Shown here piece by piece: positions 47,553 to 58,100 of a stretch of DNA of 64,000 nucleotides. The stretch covers positions 1,120,001 through 1,184,000 of the forward strand of contig OZ255842.1 in NCBI GenBank assembly GCA_965277805.1. The letters run 5' to 3'. The translations under genes and the position numbers were made by a program. Origin of the DNA: Candidatus Lustribacter sp. Lineage in GTDB: Bacteria > Vulcanimicrobiota > Vulcanimicrobiia > Vulcanimicrobiales > Vulcanimicrobiaceae. Positions within the stretch are counted from its first letter, which is position 1, and every line of letters starts with the position of its first letter. Under the pieces are notes generated by a model, which was not told the DNA's origin, did not search any database, and saw nothing but the letters and a program-made list of their open reading frames with translations.

Positions 47553-50500
47553 GGTAGCGTGCGACCTCGTCGGCCGACAAACGGAAACGCGTCGACACGG
47601 TGGCCTCCTGCAAGTTGAACGGAACGTAGAGTGCCGGCAAGATTTGTCCGACGTCGACCATCGAATCGAGATCGACGCTCCGAAGTTTTGCCAGCTGCAA
47701 CGTCTCTTCGAGCGTTGCCTGGATCAGCTGATCGTCCCAAAACGCGCGGTCGTCCGGACATACGGCCAGCAGCAGCGCCTGCGGCGCGCGCGCCTTCGGC
47801 TCATCCTGATGGAATGCGACCGCCGCCGATTGTGTCGTCAATGGAATACGCTCGGGCCATTCATCGATGAGTAAGCCCGCGTAATCGTTGCCGGCGGTGA
47901 TCGCACCGGCGCCGATGACGGCAAGGGCAATGCGTCCGCTCTCCGGCGTCGTGCCGTTGAGTGGCAGGCCCAGCCAGCGATCGGTTCCGGTTGCGGCGGG
48001 CAGTTGACCGAACGTAAACGCCGGCGCACTCGCGGCGGCGAGGAGCTGCGCCGCCGTATAGGCCGCGTCAAGTCGTGCGATCGCGGGGCGCACGTGCGTG
48101 AGCTGCTGCACCCATGCCTCGACCGCGTAGGGATCGGCGCCGCCGAAGAGTGCGGCGGAGCCCGAAAATGCGGTCTGGAGCGCGGCGACGTTGGGCGCGC
48201 TCAGCCGCGGCAACACGTCGATCGTTTTCGAAAAGATCGTTGCGAACTGCGCGAGCGCGTCGCTCGCCGTAACATTCGGCATTCCGGTAACCGCGTTCAG
48301 CCGTTTCGTCAACTCGGCGGAGACCGCTGCGGCTTGAATTCCCAAACCGCCGTCGGGACCGGTCGAGGTGGCCGGCACCGCCCCCAGCACGCCGTAGCCG
48401 CCGGCAGCGATGAGGGCCGCGCGTACCGGGTCCGTCGCTGCGGGCAACCCCGCGATCGCCGCCGTCAGCGCGGCGCTGTCGGCCGCGAACTGCGTACGAA
48501 CCGTTGCGAGCCGGGTTTGTAATTCGCCGACGTCGACGGCTCCGCCGGCAGTGCCCGCGTCGACCTTCGGTTCACACAAATCCGACGGCTGCACCGCTCG
48601 CGCGGACGAGATCAGCGCGCGAACGGCACGCGCTGCAGTGAGAACTTCCGGAAACGTAATCGTGCCCGAGGGTAAACCGGCGCGGTCGAACGCGATCGTG
48701 ATGTCGTCGATGTCGGGCGTCAGCGCGGCGGCGTAACGGATCCGCTCTTCGAGCTCCGAGCGCTGCGGCGTTTGCAACGTGTCGGAGAGCGCGAGGACAT
48801 CGAGCGGGCGCAGGTGCAGTTCCGCGAGCGACACGATCGCGTGCGTGACGGTGCCGCCCGCATCCGTATAGGTGACGGTGCACTGCACGGTTGCCGGATC
48901 GGGGAGCAGCGTTCCGGCCCACGCGTCGAGTGTGGGTTCGGCCACTGCGCGCGGGGTCGCCGGGATCGCGCTCCAGCCGGGTGCTGCAGCCGGCGTGCCG
49001 GCGAAGAGCACCATCACGCGGTGCGTCAGATCGATACCGCTGCGCAACGTGTCGACAACCTGTGGTTCCGGCGCGTAATCGCCTTTCGAAACGGCGTCGA
49101 GCAGGCCGCCCGAGCGCGCGAAGTTGCCGCGTATCACCTGGAACACGGCTTCGGAGATGGAGAGATCGGACAGCGCATCCATGATGTCGTCGAGTTCTTG
49201 CAGCAACGTCACGACGCTGTTCTGCGCCGAGCCCGGTGGCGGCAGGCCCGGTCCCCAATTGCCGCCGGCCGCGAGTTGTCCCGCATCCCACGCGGCGCGG
49301 AGTTTGAGCGCATCGACAACGCCGGACGCGGCCACGGCTTCGGCACCCGGGTCGGTCGGGGTCAACTCACTGCCGAGAATCGGATACGCATCGCGGAAGG
49401 GCTGCAGATACACTTGCAGGCCGAGCGCTTCGAGCTCCGCTTCGAAGCGATATCCGAGCAGGGCGGAGAGCTGCTGACCCGCGCGCACGCCGTCGAGCGT
49501 CCAGAGGGCGCGTTGTACGCGCTCCGACGACAGATCGATCGCGAGCAAGCCTTCTGCCGAGGTCCCTTGATGCGACATATAACCCGCGCGCAACACGGCA
49601 GCCGTCGCGGCTTGGGCGTACGAGGGCGCGTGGACGAATCCGCCGTTGTCGGTTGCCGGAACGACGGGAACCGGCAGCGTCTTCGTGATGCCGGTGCTGC
49701 GCGCGCGCAGCGCGTCGAGCTGCGTCGCCTGCTCGCGTTCGGTGCCGCTCACCGCGGCGCGCGCGGTCGACGGCTTCACATGTTCAACCCAGCCGTACGA
49801 GCCGACGTGAATTCCGTTGGGCTGCGCCGCGCGCGTTTCTTGCAGCAGCGCGTTCGCAACGGCCGTGAGCCACACGTCGAGCCGGTGACTGCACGTGTCG
49901 AGTGTCTCGCTCAGCAGACGATCGAGCTCGGCCGTCGGCAGGGCCGCAAGCCGCTGCAGGCTCGTGCGCAACTCGGTGAGGCGTTCGTACGGCGAGCCCG
50001 GCGGCGGCACGTATGCGACGAGAAATTCCGCCCACGATTTCGTTGGGTCGTCGATCGACGGTCGCGCGAGCACGTCCCAGGCCCGTACCGTCGGCTGCGT
50101 CGCGTCGATGTCGACCAGCTCGGGTTCGAGCAGTTGCGCGGCCGTCAAGCGCCCGGCACCGTACTCGCCGCGCTTCGCGAGTGCCGCGTATTCGCTCAGG
50201 ACGGATTGCCGTAAGAGTTTATAGAGCAGTGACGTCGGTGCGGTTCCGGTCGGATACCGCTCGTTCTGCAAATCGCCGGCGGACGCGGTGCGAATCCAGT
50301 CGATGTAATTCATCTTCGTGCTGCCGGCGTCCGCATCGGCGATGAGCGTCTGCGTTTCCGAGAGCGGCTGATTGCAGACGGTGGGGTAGCGGATCGTAAA
50401 CTGCGCCGGATCGAAACTCGCCGTGGCGACGAATGGATTCCAGGCCGCCGACCCATAGGTGTCGATCGCTATCCGTGCGAGCGCGGTGTGAAGCTGCCAC

Positions 50501-51957
50501 CACGCAAACCGCACCGCATCGGGCATGCCGTCGAAGACTTGCCAATTCGTCAAAAAGAATTCACCGAGCACATCGCGTGCGTCGTAGGTCATGGAACTCG
50601 CGTCCATGCCCAGGACGTGAAGCAAGTCTTGATCGGGATCGCCGGCGCCCACGTGGGGAGCTCCCGGGATGCCGTTCACCCAGGCGCCGGTGAGCCGCTT
50701 GAGCAGCGCGACGAGCGCCGGTTCGAGGTTCGCGAACGCGCGGTTCGGTTGGCGCGCGTAGAACTGCAATGCCGTGGCCGGCAAGATGCCGTAGGGAGCG
50801 TTGCCGGTGCGAACGGCGGCCAGCGGATTGCGGGGTACGGCATGTGCCAGGGCCCACGTGCGCCCGGTGTCGATCTGCGCGTCGCTGAAGGTTGTCGCCA
50901 TCATTTGTTCGAGGAAATACCCGAGCGTTGCGGGCCAGAGCGCCGTCAGCATGTCGGTGCCGTTGCGCGCACCGTAGCCGCCGGCGCCCACGATGCGCTC
51001 GAACGTCGCTGTTCCGGCGCCGAGGGCCGCGCGCATGCGCTCGCCGTCGGCCAGCGGATCCGGCGCGCCGAGCGTGCCGAACTCCGCGTCGTACGTTGCG
51101 ACGCTCGGGTCCACGTTTTTGTAGACGGGGTCTATGTCGGCGGTATTGTTCGTGGGCATGCCTTGCGGCACGAACGACGCGCCGTCGGTGAAGTGGTGCG
51201 CGTCGATGAGCGCCGCGAGTTCGGCCGATGCATCGCCGGCATCGCTGCGGACGCCGTAAACGATGATACGGTCGAAGCCGGCCGCGCGCGTCGCGCGGTC
51301 GAGCGGAATGCGCAGCGCCATCCCGGCGGCAACCGCTGAATCGAAGTCGACCATCCACTGCATCCCGGCATCAACGGTGCTCCCGGCGGGAAACGCCGCC
51401 GCACCGCTCGGATCGAGCATCACGTTGAGGTCGCCGGCGATCGCTGACCCGCGTTGCACCGTGCGCGTGGTGCCGGACTCGAGGACCACCGTCCAAGCGT
51501 CGGGCAGCAGCGTCGCGCGCGCCGGTTGATTCCAGGCCGTGGCGCGCACGGCCGGCGACGGAAATGCCGGCAGGGGCACCGGATCGGCGCCGTCGGCGGT
51601 CGGCGTTCCCGGCTGCGCCGCGATGTTCGTGGGCGTCAGCGCGCGCACGATGTAAACGGCGCGCGGTGCGCCGTACGTTGTGACCAGCGTGCGCCACGCC
51701 GCGCGTAATCCGGTATCGTCGGGCGGCGGGACGCCGGCCCGCCAACGCAAGGTCCAAAAACCTTGCGCGTCGGCGAGTTCGGCCGCCGTGAGTTCGGGGT
51801 CGTGCGCGTCGCAATGAATCTGATCGGGATACACGCGCAGCAGCAGTGCGCTACCTTGAGCGTCGTCGACGAACCGCGTCTCGATGCGCACGGGAAGCAA
51901 GAGCAACGGCGTGCGGGCATTGAGCCCGCCGCGTTGCTCGACCGCGACGTCTCTCAT
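47545..51957 (-). CDS. Large conserved hypothetical protein (1470 aa)
   Basis: PLLLLPVRIETRF...LRVYPD; WMVDF..AV..GMA; GMPTNNT; PYGILP; LDTCSHRLDVW; GGFVHAPS...TAAVLR; LLGYRFE; DEWPERIP; APQALLLAV. Confidence 0.8.
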   Translation of the reverse strand: MRDVAVEQRGGLNARTPLLLLPVRIETRFVDDAQGSALLLRVYPDQIHCDAHDPELTAAELADAQGFWTLRWRAGVPPPDDTGLRAAWRTLVTTYGAPRAVYIVRALTPTNIAAQPGTPTADGADPVPLPAFPSPAVRATAWNQPARATLLPDAWTVVLESGTTRTVQRGSAIAGDLNVMLDPSGAAAFPAGSTVDAGMQWMVDFDSAVAAGMALRIPLDRATRAAGFDRIIVYGVRSDAGDASAELAALIDAHHFTDGASFVPQGMPTNNTADIDPVYKNVDPSVATYDAEFGTLGAPDPLADGERMRAALGAGTATFERIVGAGGYGARNGTDMLTALWPATLGYFLEQMMATTFSDAQIDTGRTWALAHAVPRNPLAAVRTGNAPYGILPATALQFYARQPNRAFANLEPALVALLKRLTGAWVNGIPGAPHVGAGDPDQDLLHVLGMDASSMTYDARDVLGEFFLTNWQVFDGMPDAVRFAWWQLHTALARIAIDTYGSAAWNPFVATASFDPAQFTIRYPTVCNQPLSETQTLIADADAGSTKMNYIDWIRTASAGDLQNERYPTGTAPTSLLYKLLRQSVLSEYAALAKRGEYGAGRLTAAQLLEPELVDIDATQPTVRAWDVLARPSIDDPTKSWAEFLVAYVPPPGSPYERLTELRTSLQRLAALPTAELDRLLSETLDTCSHRLDVWLTAVANALLQETRAAQPNGIHVGSYGWVEHVKPSTARAAVSGTEREQATQLDALRARSTGITKTLPVPVVPATDNGGFVHAPSYAQAATAAVLRAGYMSHQGTSAEGLLAIDLSSERVQRALWTLDGVRAGQQLSALLGYRFEAELEALGLQVYLQPFRDAYPILGSELTPTDPGAEAVAASGVVDALKLRAAWDAGQLAAGGNWGPGLPPPGSAQNSVVTLLQELDDIMDALSDLSISEAVFQVIRGNFARSGGLLDAVSKGDYAPEPQVVDTLRSGIDLTHRVMVLFAGTPAAAPGWSAIPATPRAVAEPTLDAWAGTLLPDPATVQCTVTYTDAGGTVTHAIVSLAELHLRPLDVLALSDTLQTPQRSELEERIRYAAALTPDIDDITIAFDRAGLPSGTITFPEVLTAARAVRALISSARAVQPSDLCEPKVDAGTAGGAVDVGELQTRLATVRTQFAADSAALTAAIAGLPAATDPVRAALIAAGGYGVLGAVPATSTGPDGGLGIQAAAVSAELTKRLNAVTGMPNVTASDALAQFATIFSKTIDVLPRLSAPNVAALQTAFSGSAALFGGADPYAVEAWVQQLTHVRPAIARLDAAYTAAQLLAAASAPAFTFGQLPAATGTDRWLGLPLNGTTPESGRIALAVIGAGAITAGNDYAGLLIDEWPERIPLTTQSAAVAFHQDEPKARAPQALLLAVCPDDRAFWDDQLIQATLEETLQLAKLRSVDLDSMVDVGQILPALYVPFNLQEATVSTRFRLSADEVARYHA

Positions 51958-54900
51958 GACGGCAGCATCCGCTTCGCCGACGCCATGATGCGGAACGGCC
52001 GGCGCAGGAGAATGTAGGCATTTTGCGCGCTGTCCTTACCCCACGTGACCGACTTGTCGAGCGCCGTCGCGTCGTCGTCGCCGGCCGCGATCGCGACGTC
52101 GTGCGGGGCCGCCGCAGCGCGCAGAAACGGCGGCAGGGTGGCCTGTTGCTGCGTGTATCGCAGCACCGTCGACATCAGCCGCCGCGTGGAGTAGCCACCC
52201 ACGAAATTCGGCAGCGCCGTGACGCCGCCTGATGCGAGTCCGCCGCCGGTTGCGAAATTCGTCCACGCAAGTTCCGACCAGTACGGAACCGGTGACGTCA
52301 ACTCGGAAGGTTCCAGTCCGAAGCGCGGCTCGGTCGGGACTTGCTGGAATGCAAAATAGTAGCCGAGCGGTGCGGAGGGATCTTGGCCGCCGGCTTGCGC
52401 TGCGGTGAGATTGAAACCCAGGAACGTGATGTCGGTGCCGAGCGTGCCGCTGAAGATCGGGTGTTTGTATTCGGCTTCGGCGCCGGCGCTCTCGTCGAGG
52501 ACGATCTCGCCCTTATCGTTCTTGACGGCTTTGCCGGCGAAGATGATCGTGTTCGGATAGCGGCGCAGCAACTCGCCGCGCACGATCAGAACCAGGTTGT
52601 TCTCGACGATGCCGGTGCGGTTTTCATGCTGCCCTAAGCCGTTGGGGAGCGGCCACGTGTTAATCGGCGGGATGTCTCGCAGCAGTTCCTTCAGCGCGGC
52701 CGGATCGGTCGGATCGCCGGGTTGCGGCACGTAGGCGCTGACGTCCCAGAATTGCCGGAAGTAACTGCCGCGCTGATCGGTCGGATAACCGTTGACGAGC
52801 AGCTGACGTGCCATTTCGTGATTCAGTCCGACCATGTAGGCTTCGATGAACGCATGATTCACCTCGAGTAAACCAATGCTGTCGGGCGGTATTTGGTCGG
52901 CCCCGGGGCAGATGTAATTTTCGGAGAGGTCCCGCAGCGGCGCGTACATCGGCATGTCGAATGCCGGCGCGGCCATGATCGGTTGAATCGGATCCGGCGG
53001 TTTCCAGCCCAGGCGCGATACGTCGATGACGGCCGAGAGACGCTTGGGGATCGTGACCGTGGGATCGAGCCGCGCGAGCAGCGTCGTCTGTATGGCGGCC
53101 AGATCGAGCGCGGGTTTCATCACGTCGAGCGGTTGCGGCACGCTCAGCAATCCGGCGAACGACGTCGCAGCGGTGCGGAACGCGTTGGCTTGCGCCGAGT
53201 CGACGCTGCCCGTTGCAGTCACCGTTGCCGTCGGAGCACCGGGCGCAGTGAGCGCGAACGCCGGACGCTGGGCTGCCGCCTCAAACGTACCGGGCGTTAG
53301 GCTCGCGATGCGAAACGTCTCGCCGAAAAATAGCTTTTGCAGGGACGCGCGGACGGCCGGCAGCGCCGCCGCGACCGCGACGGCGGCCGCGACTGCCAGC
53401 GCGATCGCGGCAACGGCTCCGGCAAAAATCGCGACCAATGCAATGACCGCCAGCAGAACGAGCGCCGCAATCAGAACGAGCAGCCAAAACGGAAGTTTGA
53501 TCCCGCGCAGCCAGGCCGGCAGCAACTGTTCCGACACGCTATCGAGGCCGACCGTGCCGGCCGGAGGTTTCGCCGGCGGCACGAGTTCGAGCGTTCCGTC
53601 GTTCACCCCGGTGAGCAATGTCGCGGCGTGTGCCGGGTCGACGGCCTGACGGCGCCGCAGGGGGCCGAGTGGCCGCGTCACGCGCCGGAACGCGGCAGAC
53701 ACCATCCGTTCCGGAATACGGCTTGCGCGCAGATCGGCCAGCACGGTTTGCGGACTGCCCAGGATGCGAGCTTGAATCGGGGCCGTGAAGCGCAGTAGCG
53801 TTGCGGCTGCGGCGGGTTTCAGCTGGTTCGTGTAGAGCTGGACCATCGTGGCGCGCGCCAGCTGCGCTTGGCGCAGCAGGCGATTCGCTTCAAGCACGCC
53901 GGCGACTTGCTGCCACGCCGACGCCAGCAGCGCGGTGCGCTTCGTCTGCACGACCTCGGTGCCGAAGCCGCCCGGCGTGCGATTGCGCGGGTCGAGGTTG
54001 AGTTCGTCGATCCAGCGCGTTTGCGTGCGGTCGACCGACGACACGCCGGCGTGCCAGCGGCCGTAGATCGGCGGCACGACGCGCGGATCGCCGGCATTGG
54101 GATGCGCCGGATCGTCGGTCGTCGACGTCGCGAGGTTCACCAGCGTCTCGAGCGCCGTTTGAAAATCGCTGCGCGCCGGGTCGGTCCATGCGGTCGGCTG
54201 CGTGCCGATGCGAATCAATGCGCCGTCGAACCCGAGCGGCGGGCCGGCACTCGGCAGGTGTGGACCTGGTTGATCGACGGCCACCGGCCGGGTGCCGACC
54301 GTCGCCGGCAGCACCTGCGGCACCAACCGCCGCACCAGCGACTCGAAGTCGCCTTCGTCGCTCGTGTGAAATGCGAAGCGGAAGTAAAAGGGCAGCGCGA
54401 ACGGCGCCGCCGCCGACGCCGTCGTGTCGCCTTTCCAGGCGGGATCCGACGTGGTGACCCCGGTTAGGTCGAGTCCAAGACCCACGCGCCGTCCTGGTTC
54501 GAACGCCGGGACGAGAAAGACGTCGTAGCTCGTTTCCGGTTCCAGCCGCCGCGGACAAATCAGCCGCGAAAGCGCGTGTCCCGGATCGGACGCGAGCGTC
54601 GCGGTGACGTCGTCCTCGTTCGTGATCTGCACGTGCGCCCAAGCCCAGCTCTCGGTGAGATCTTGCAGCGCTGCCATCGTGGTAACGCCGATTGATGGTA
54701 GCGGCACCGTTTGCGGCTTCGGCTCGACGAATTCGCCGCTCTTGAGAGCGATCAGCGCGATCCAGGGCCGCAGGCGATCGCCGTTGTTGATGGCGGGCGT
54801 GAACAGCCACGGAAAGTCGGCCACGCCGAAATCGAGCGCGGTGAGAAAGCTCGGCTCGTAGTTGCTGGTTGCCGCGCGCGGTTCCGTGCGCACGACGACG

Positions 54901-55118
54901 TTCGGATCGATACCGACGACGTCGCCCGGGCCGTAGAGGAAGACCGTCGTGCCGGGCGGGCTCGACGTCGAAACGGTTGCGCCGAGCGTCGCGGAAACGG
55001 TGAGGACGACGTCGAGTTGCGAGCGCAGGGGCAGCGGATCGGTGTCGGCATTGGGGATCGCCGTGCCGATGCCGCGCCGTAGCCACGGAAGAAAGTGATA
55101 GCGTCCGAGATCCGTCAT
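51954..55118 (-). CDS. Large conserved hypothetical protein (1054 aa) with ~50-residue hydrophobic segment
   Basis: ATGA overlaps on both sides; FLPWLRRG; LYGPGDVVGID; DFPWLFTP; LRPWIAL; SWAWAHVQ; SRLICPRRL; GDFESL; PPIYGRWH; FIEAYMVGLNHEMARQL...YPTDQRGSYFRQFWD; RGELLRRYP; EPRFGL. Confidence 0.8.
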   Translation of the reverse strand: MTDLGRYHFLPWLRRGIGTAIPNADTDPLPLRSQLDVVLTVSATLGATVSTSSPPGTTVFLYGPGDVVGIDPNVVVRTEPRAATSNYEPSFLTALDFGVADFPWLFTPAINNGDRLRPWIALIALKSGEFVEPKPQTVPLPSIGVTTMAALQDLTESWAWAHVQITNEDDVTATLASDPGHALSRLICPRRLEPETSYDVFLVPAFEPGRRVGLGLDLTGVTTSDPAWKGDTTASAAAPFALPFYFRFAFHTSDEGDFESLVRRLVPQVLPATVGTRPVAVDQPGPHLPSAGPPLGFDGALIRIGTQPTAWTDPARSDFQTALETLVNLATSTTDDPAHPNAGDPRVVPPIYGRWHAGVSSVDRTQTRWIDELNLDPRNRTPGGFGTEVVQTKRTALLASAWQQVAGVLEANRLLRQAQLARATMVQLYTNQLKPAAAATLLRFTAPIQARILGSPQTVLADLRASRIPERMVSAAFRRVTRPLGPLRRRQAVDPAHAATLLTGVNDGTLELVPPAKPPAGTVGLDSVSEQLLPAWLRGIKLPFWLLVLIAALVLLAVIALVAIFAGAVAAIALAVAAAVAVAAALPAVRASLQKLFFGETFRIASLTPGTFEAAAQRPAFALTAPGAPTATVTATGSVDSAQANAFRTAATSFAGLLSVPQPLDVMKPALDLAAIQTTLLARLDPTVTIPKRLSAVIDVSRLGWKPPDPIQPIMAAPAFDMPMYAPLRDLSENYICPGADQIPPDSIGLLEVNHAFIEAYMVGLNHEMARQLLVNGYPTDQRGSYFRQFWDVSAYVPQPGDPTDPAALKELLRDIPPINTWPLPNGLGQHENRTGIVENNLVLIVRGELLRRYPNTIIFAGKAVKNDKGEIVLDESAGAEAEYKHPIFSGTLGTDITFLGFNLTAAQAGGQDPSAPLGYYFAFQQVPTEPRFGLEPSELTSPVPYWSELAWTNFATGGGLASGGVTALPNFVGGYSTRRLMSTVLRYTQQQATLPPFLRAAAAPHDVAIAAGDDDATALDKSVTWGKDSAQNAYILLRRPFRIMASAKRMLPS

Positions 55119-58100
55119 GCGGCCACCTCGCTGAGCGGCAGAATTTGCAGGTCGGCACCGTCGGCCGGATTTGCGGCGCGATACGCGGCGAGCGCGTTCG
55201 TCGCCCCATAGTGTGTCGCAGCCGACGCGAGGATGTCGGTGCGCACCGAGAGATCGGTCGTGCTCGCAATCACGTATTGCATCGCATTGACCGTTACCGC
55301 GCTCGTGGTGCCGGGCGTCGTGAACGCCCGCACACCCTTGGTTCGCGTTCCGTTGCGGAAGTTCGCTCCATTGCGCGCGTAAGCGAGGTGCGTCGCCAGC
55401 GGCATCAGGTAACGTGCACCAAGCCGCAACGGGCTTTCGTCTTGGTCGATGTAGCCGTCCTGATACGCGACGATGCACGGCACGTCTTTGGAGTAGACGG
55501 CCGTATCGGATCCGATCGAGACGCCCGCGTGCATCGGCTGATACGACTGCGCGGAGAGTTTTTGATCGTCGGTGAGGTCGGTAAACTGACCGATCGCGAA
55601 TTGATCGGTGATCGGCGCAATTGCCGGGTGCAGGGTGGAACCGATCGCGACATCGGAGATCGAGAACTCGTTGCCGTCGGACGGCCGCGCGTTGCCGTAC
55701 TTGGTGATGACTTGGTCGAGCGGCACGACCTTCTCACGTACTTGGAGCGTGCCGAGCGGGTGTACGACCAGCGATGTGTCGCCGGGCGCTCGCGGTGCGA
55801 GCGAGATCGATGGCGCCGCCTCAGCCGGCATAACCGTGCTCCAGTTTTGCTGGTCACCAAGCGCAGCGGTCAGGTCTGGAAGCACTGCTGCGGCCGGCAG
55901 CGCGACGGGGGTGCTGTCGCCCCAACTGATATCGACCGAAGCACTGACGTCGATAAAAAGAATGTGGAGATGCGCGTCGCCGTGCACGTGCCATGGGCGC
56001 GGACCGGAGACCATGCCATCGACGCTGATGCTGGCGATGGAATCGCCGTCGTATTGGATGTCGAGCCCGGCCGAGAAGTCGAACTCGAACGAGAACGGCT
56101 CGAAGATGAAGAGGCAGTCGAAGCCGATCCAACCGTGGACGCTAAACCCGCCTGCCGCGGCGTAGAGGTCGACGTTTGCGCCGAACTGCACCGAGTTCGA
56201 GGTGACCGCGAAGTACGAGTTGGAGCTCAAGCGCGGATTGTCGCCGTCGCCGATTGCCACCGTGCAGCGCGCGAGTTGCGGAAAGCCCGGCGGTGGTGTG
56301 AAACGCGGGTTCAAGCCGCCCAGCGAGAAGGCGAAGTTCGGATTGTCGCCCCACGACAGACGCATGCCGAGATCGCCGGAGATCGAAAAGACGAGGACGT
56401 ACGAATCGTACATCGTGCCGTCGATCGAGAACAGCTGCGCGCCGAAATCGATCGTGCCCAGAACGTCGATATTGAGCGCGATGAGGGCAACGTCTTGGTC
56501 CGGCAGCGCGGCCTTGATCTCGCCGAGAATCGCAATGCGAATCGGATCGGGGATTTCGAGAATTACCCCGAGCGAGAGCGTAATGAGCGTCGGCGTTCCC
56601 CAACCGAGTTCGAACATCGGGCCGAACAGATACCGTCCTTCTGCCGGCGGGAAGAAGGCCTCGATGTTGCTGATGATCTGCGGCGCGTTGTTGACGGGGT
56701 CCGCCGGAAACAGGATCGAATCCAGCGTGTGCGCGCGCAGGCCGGCGCGCAACGCGTCCAGCGCCATCGTGCGGTTGATGCCGCCGAGGCCGCCCACCCC
56801 ATTGAGCGTGAAGCCGAACGAGAGCTGCACCGGCGGAAACTCGGTCGTGATGATCAGCAGCAGTGAGAAGCCGCTCGAACCATCGGGCAGCACGGTGTCG
56901 AGAACGCCGATGATCTTGACCTGCACGATGTCGGCGATGCTGCATTCGAGTACGCCGGCATAACGGTGTTTCACCGTGTCGATGCTCAGGTATCCGCCGC
57001 CTGAGATGAGCCCGGCATCGAGTTCCATGCCCAGGCCGTTGGGCGGTTTGAACGCCAGCGCGAAATCGAGCGGCCCGAGATTGCCGCGCGCGAAAGTGAC
57101 GATCAGCTCGAGGCCGATGCGGTCGACGGATACGCTGAACGGCCCGAGCGTTGCCGAGCCGGTGAGGCTGATCTCGACCGGAAGCGCGTTGCTGCTGCTT
57201 CCTCCGCTGCCGCCGACCGCGAGTTCGACGTGAAGCGTATCGAGATCGAACGGGCCTGCCGACACGTGCAGCGGAATCGTCAGCGCCGTGCTCGCGTTGC
57301 CGGTGAAGAAGAACCCGTTCGCCGCCGACCAGCCCACGCCGAAGTCGAAGTTAACGCTCAGTGAAATCGGGATGATCGACGCGAGGAATGAATCCATCTG
57401 CGAGGAGTCGACGAAGAACCGCCCGCCCGTGATCTTCGCGAATCCCGAGGGGCTCAAAACGCCGCCGCTGATGTCGGCGCCGCCGCCGAGCGACAACTGC
57501 TTTGCTTCGATCCCGATCCCGTCGGTTAGCGTGAGAACCGGCGTCGCCGCTCCGCCGCTCGGCGCGTAGGCGATCGAGAAGAGCAAATGACCGTCGAGCG
57601 CACTGGCCACTGCGGCAGCCGACGTGAGGTTGTTGAGAATCTTCGGCGGCGATCCGGCGCGGAAAACAAAAGCCAGCCCGCTTTGCACGTCGAGCGTCGC
57701 GTCGATGACGAAATTGACGGTGTCGGACAGCGGAATCGTTTCGGATCCGCCGCCGTGCGCATAGGGGACGATGGCGAGGCCGGCATCGGTGCCGCCGGCC
57801 GTCGACGGCCGCAATGCGATGAAGCTGACACCGACATCGACCGGAACGTCGTCCAGCGACCGCAGGACGCTGAGCAGCAGTTGCGTTGACGGTTTCGTAT
57901 CGGCTTCCGGTACGTCGTGTCCGGCGATGAGGGACTCCGCTTGACGGGGCAGCGCGCGCACGCGGTTGGGCAGGCTGATCCCCATTAACAATGCGCCGAG
58001 TGCGCTAACGGCTGCATCGGGGCTGAACGTTGCCGTGCCCCAGCCATAAACGTCCTTGAGCAATCCCGGGAAGTCGCCGAACACTTTCGGCAAAAGATCC

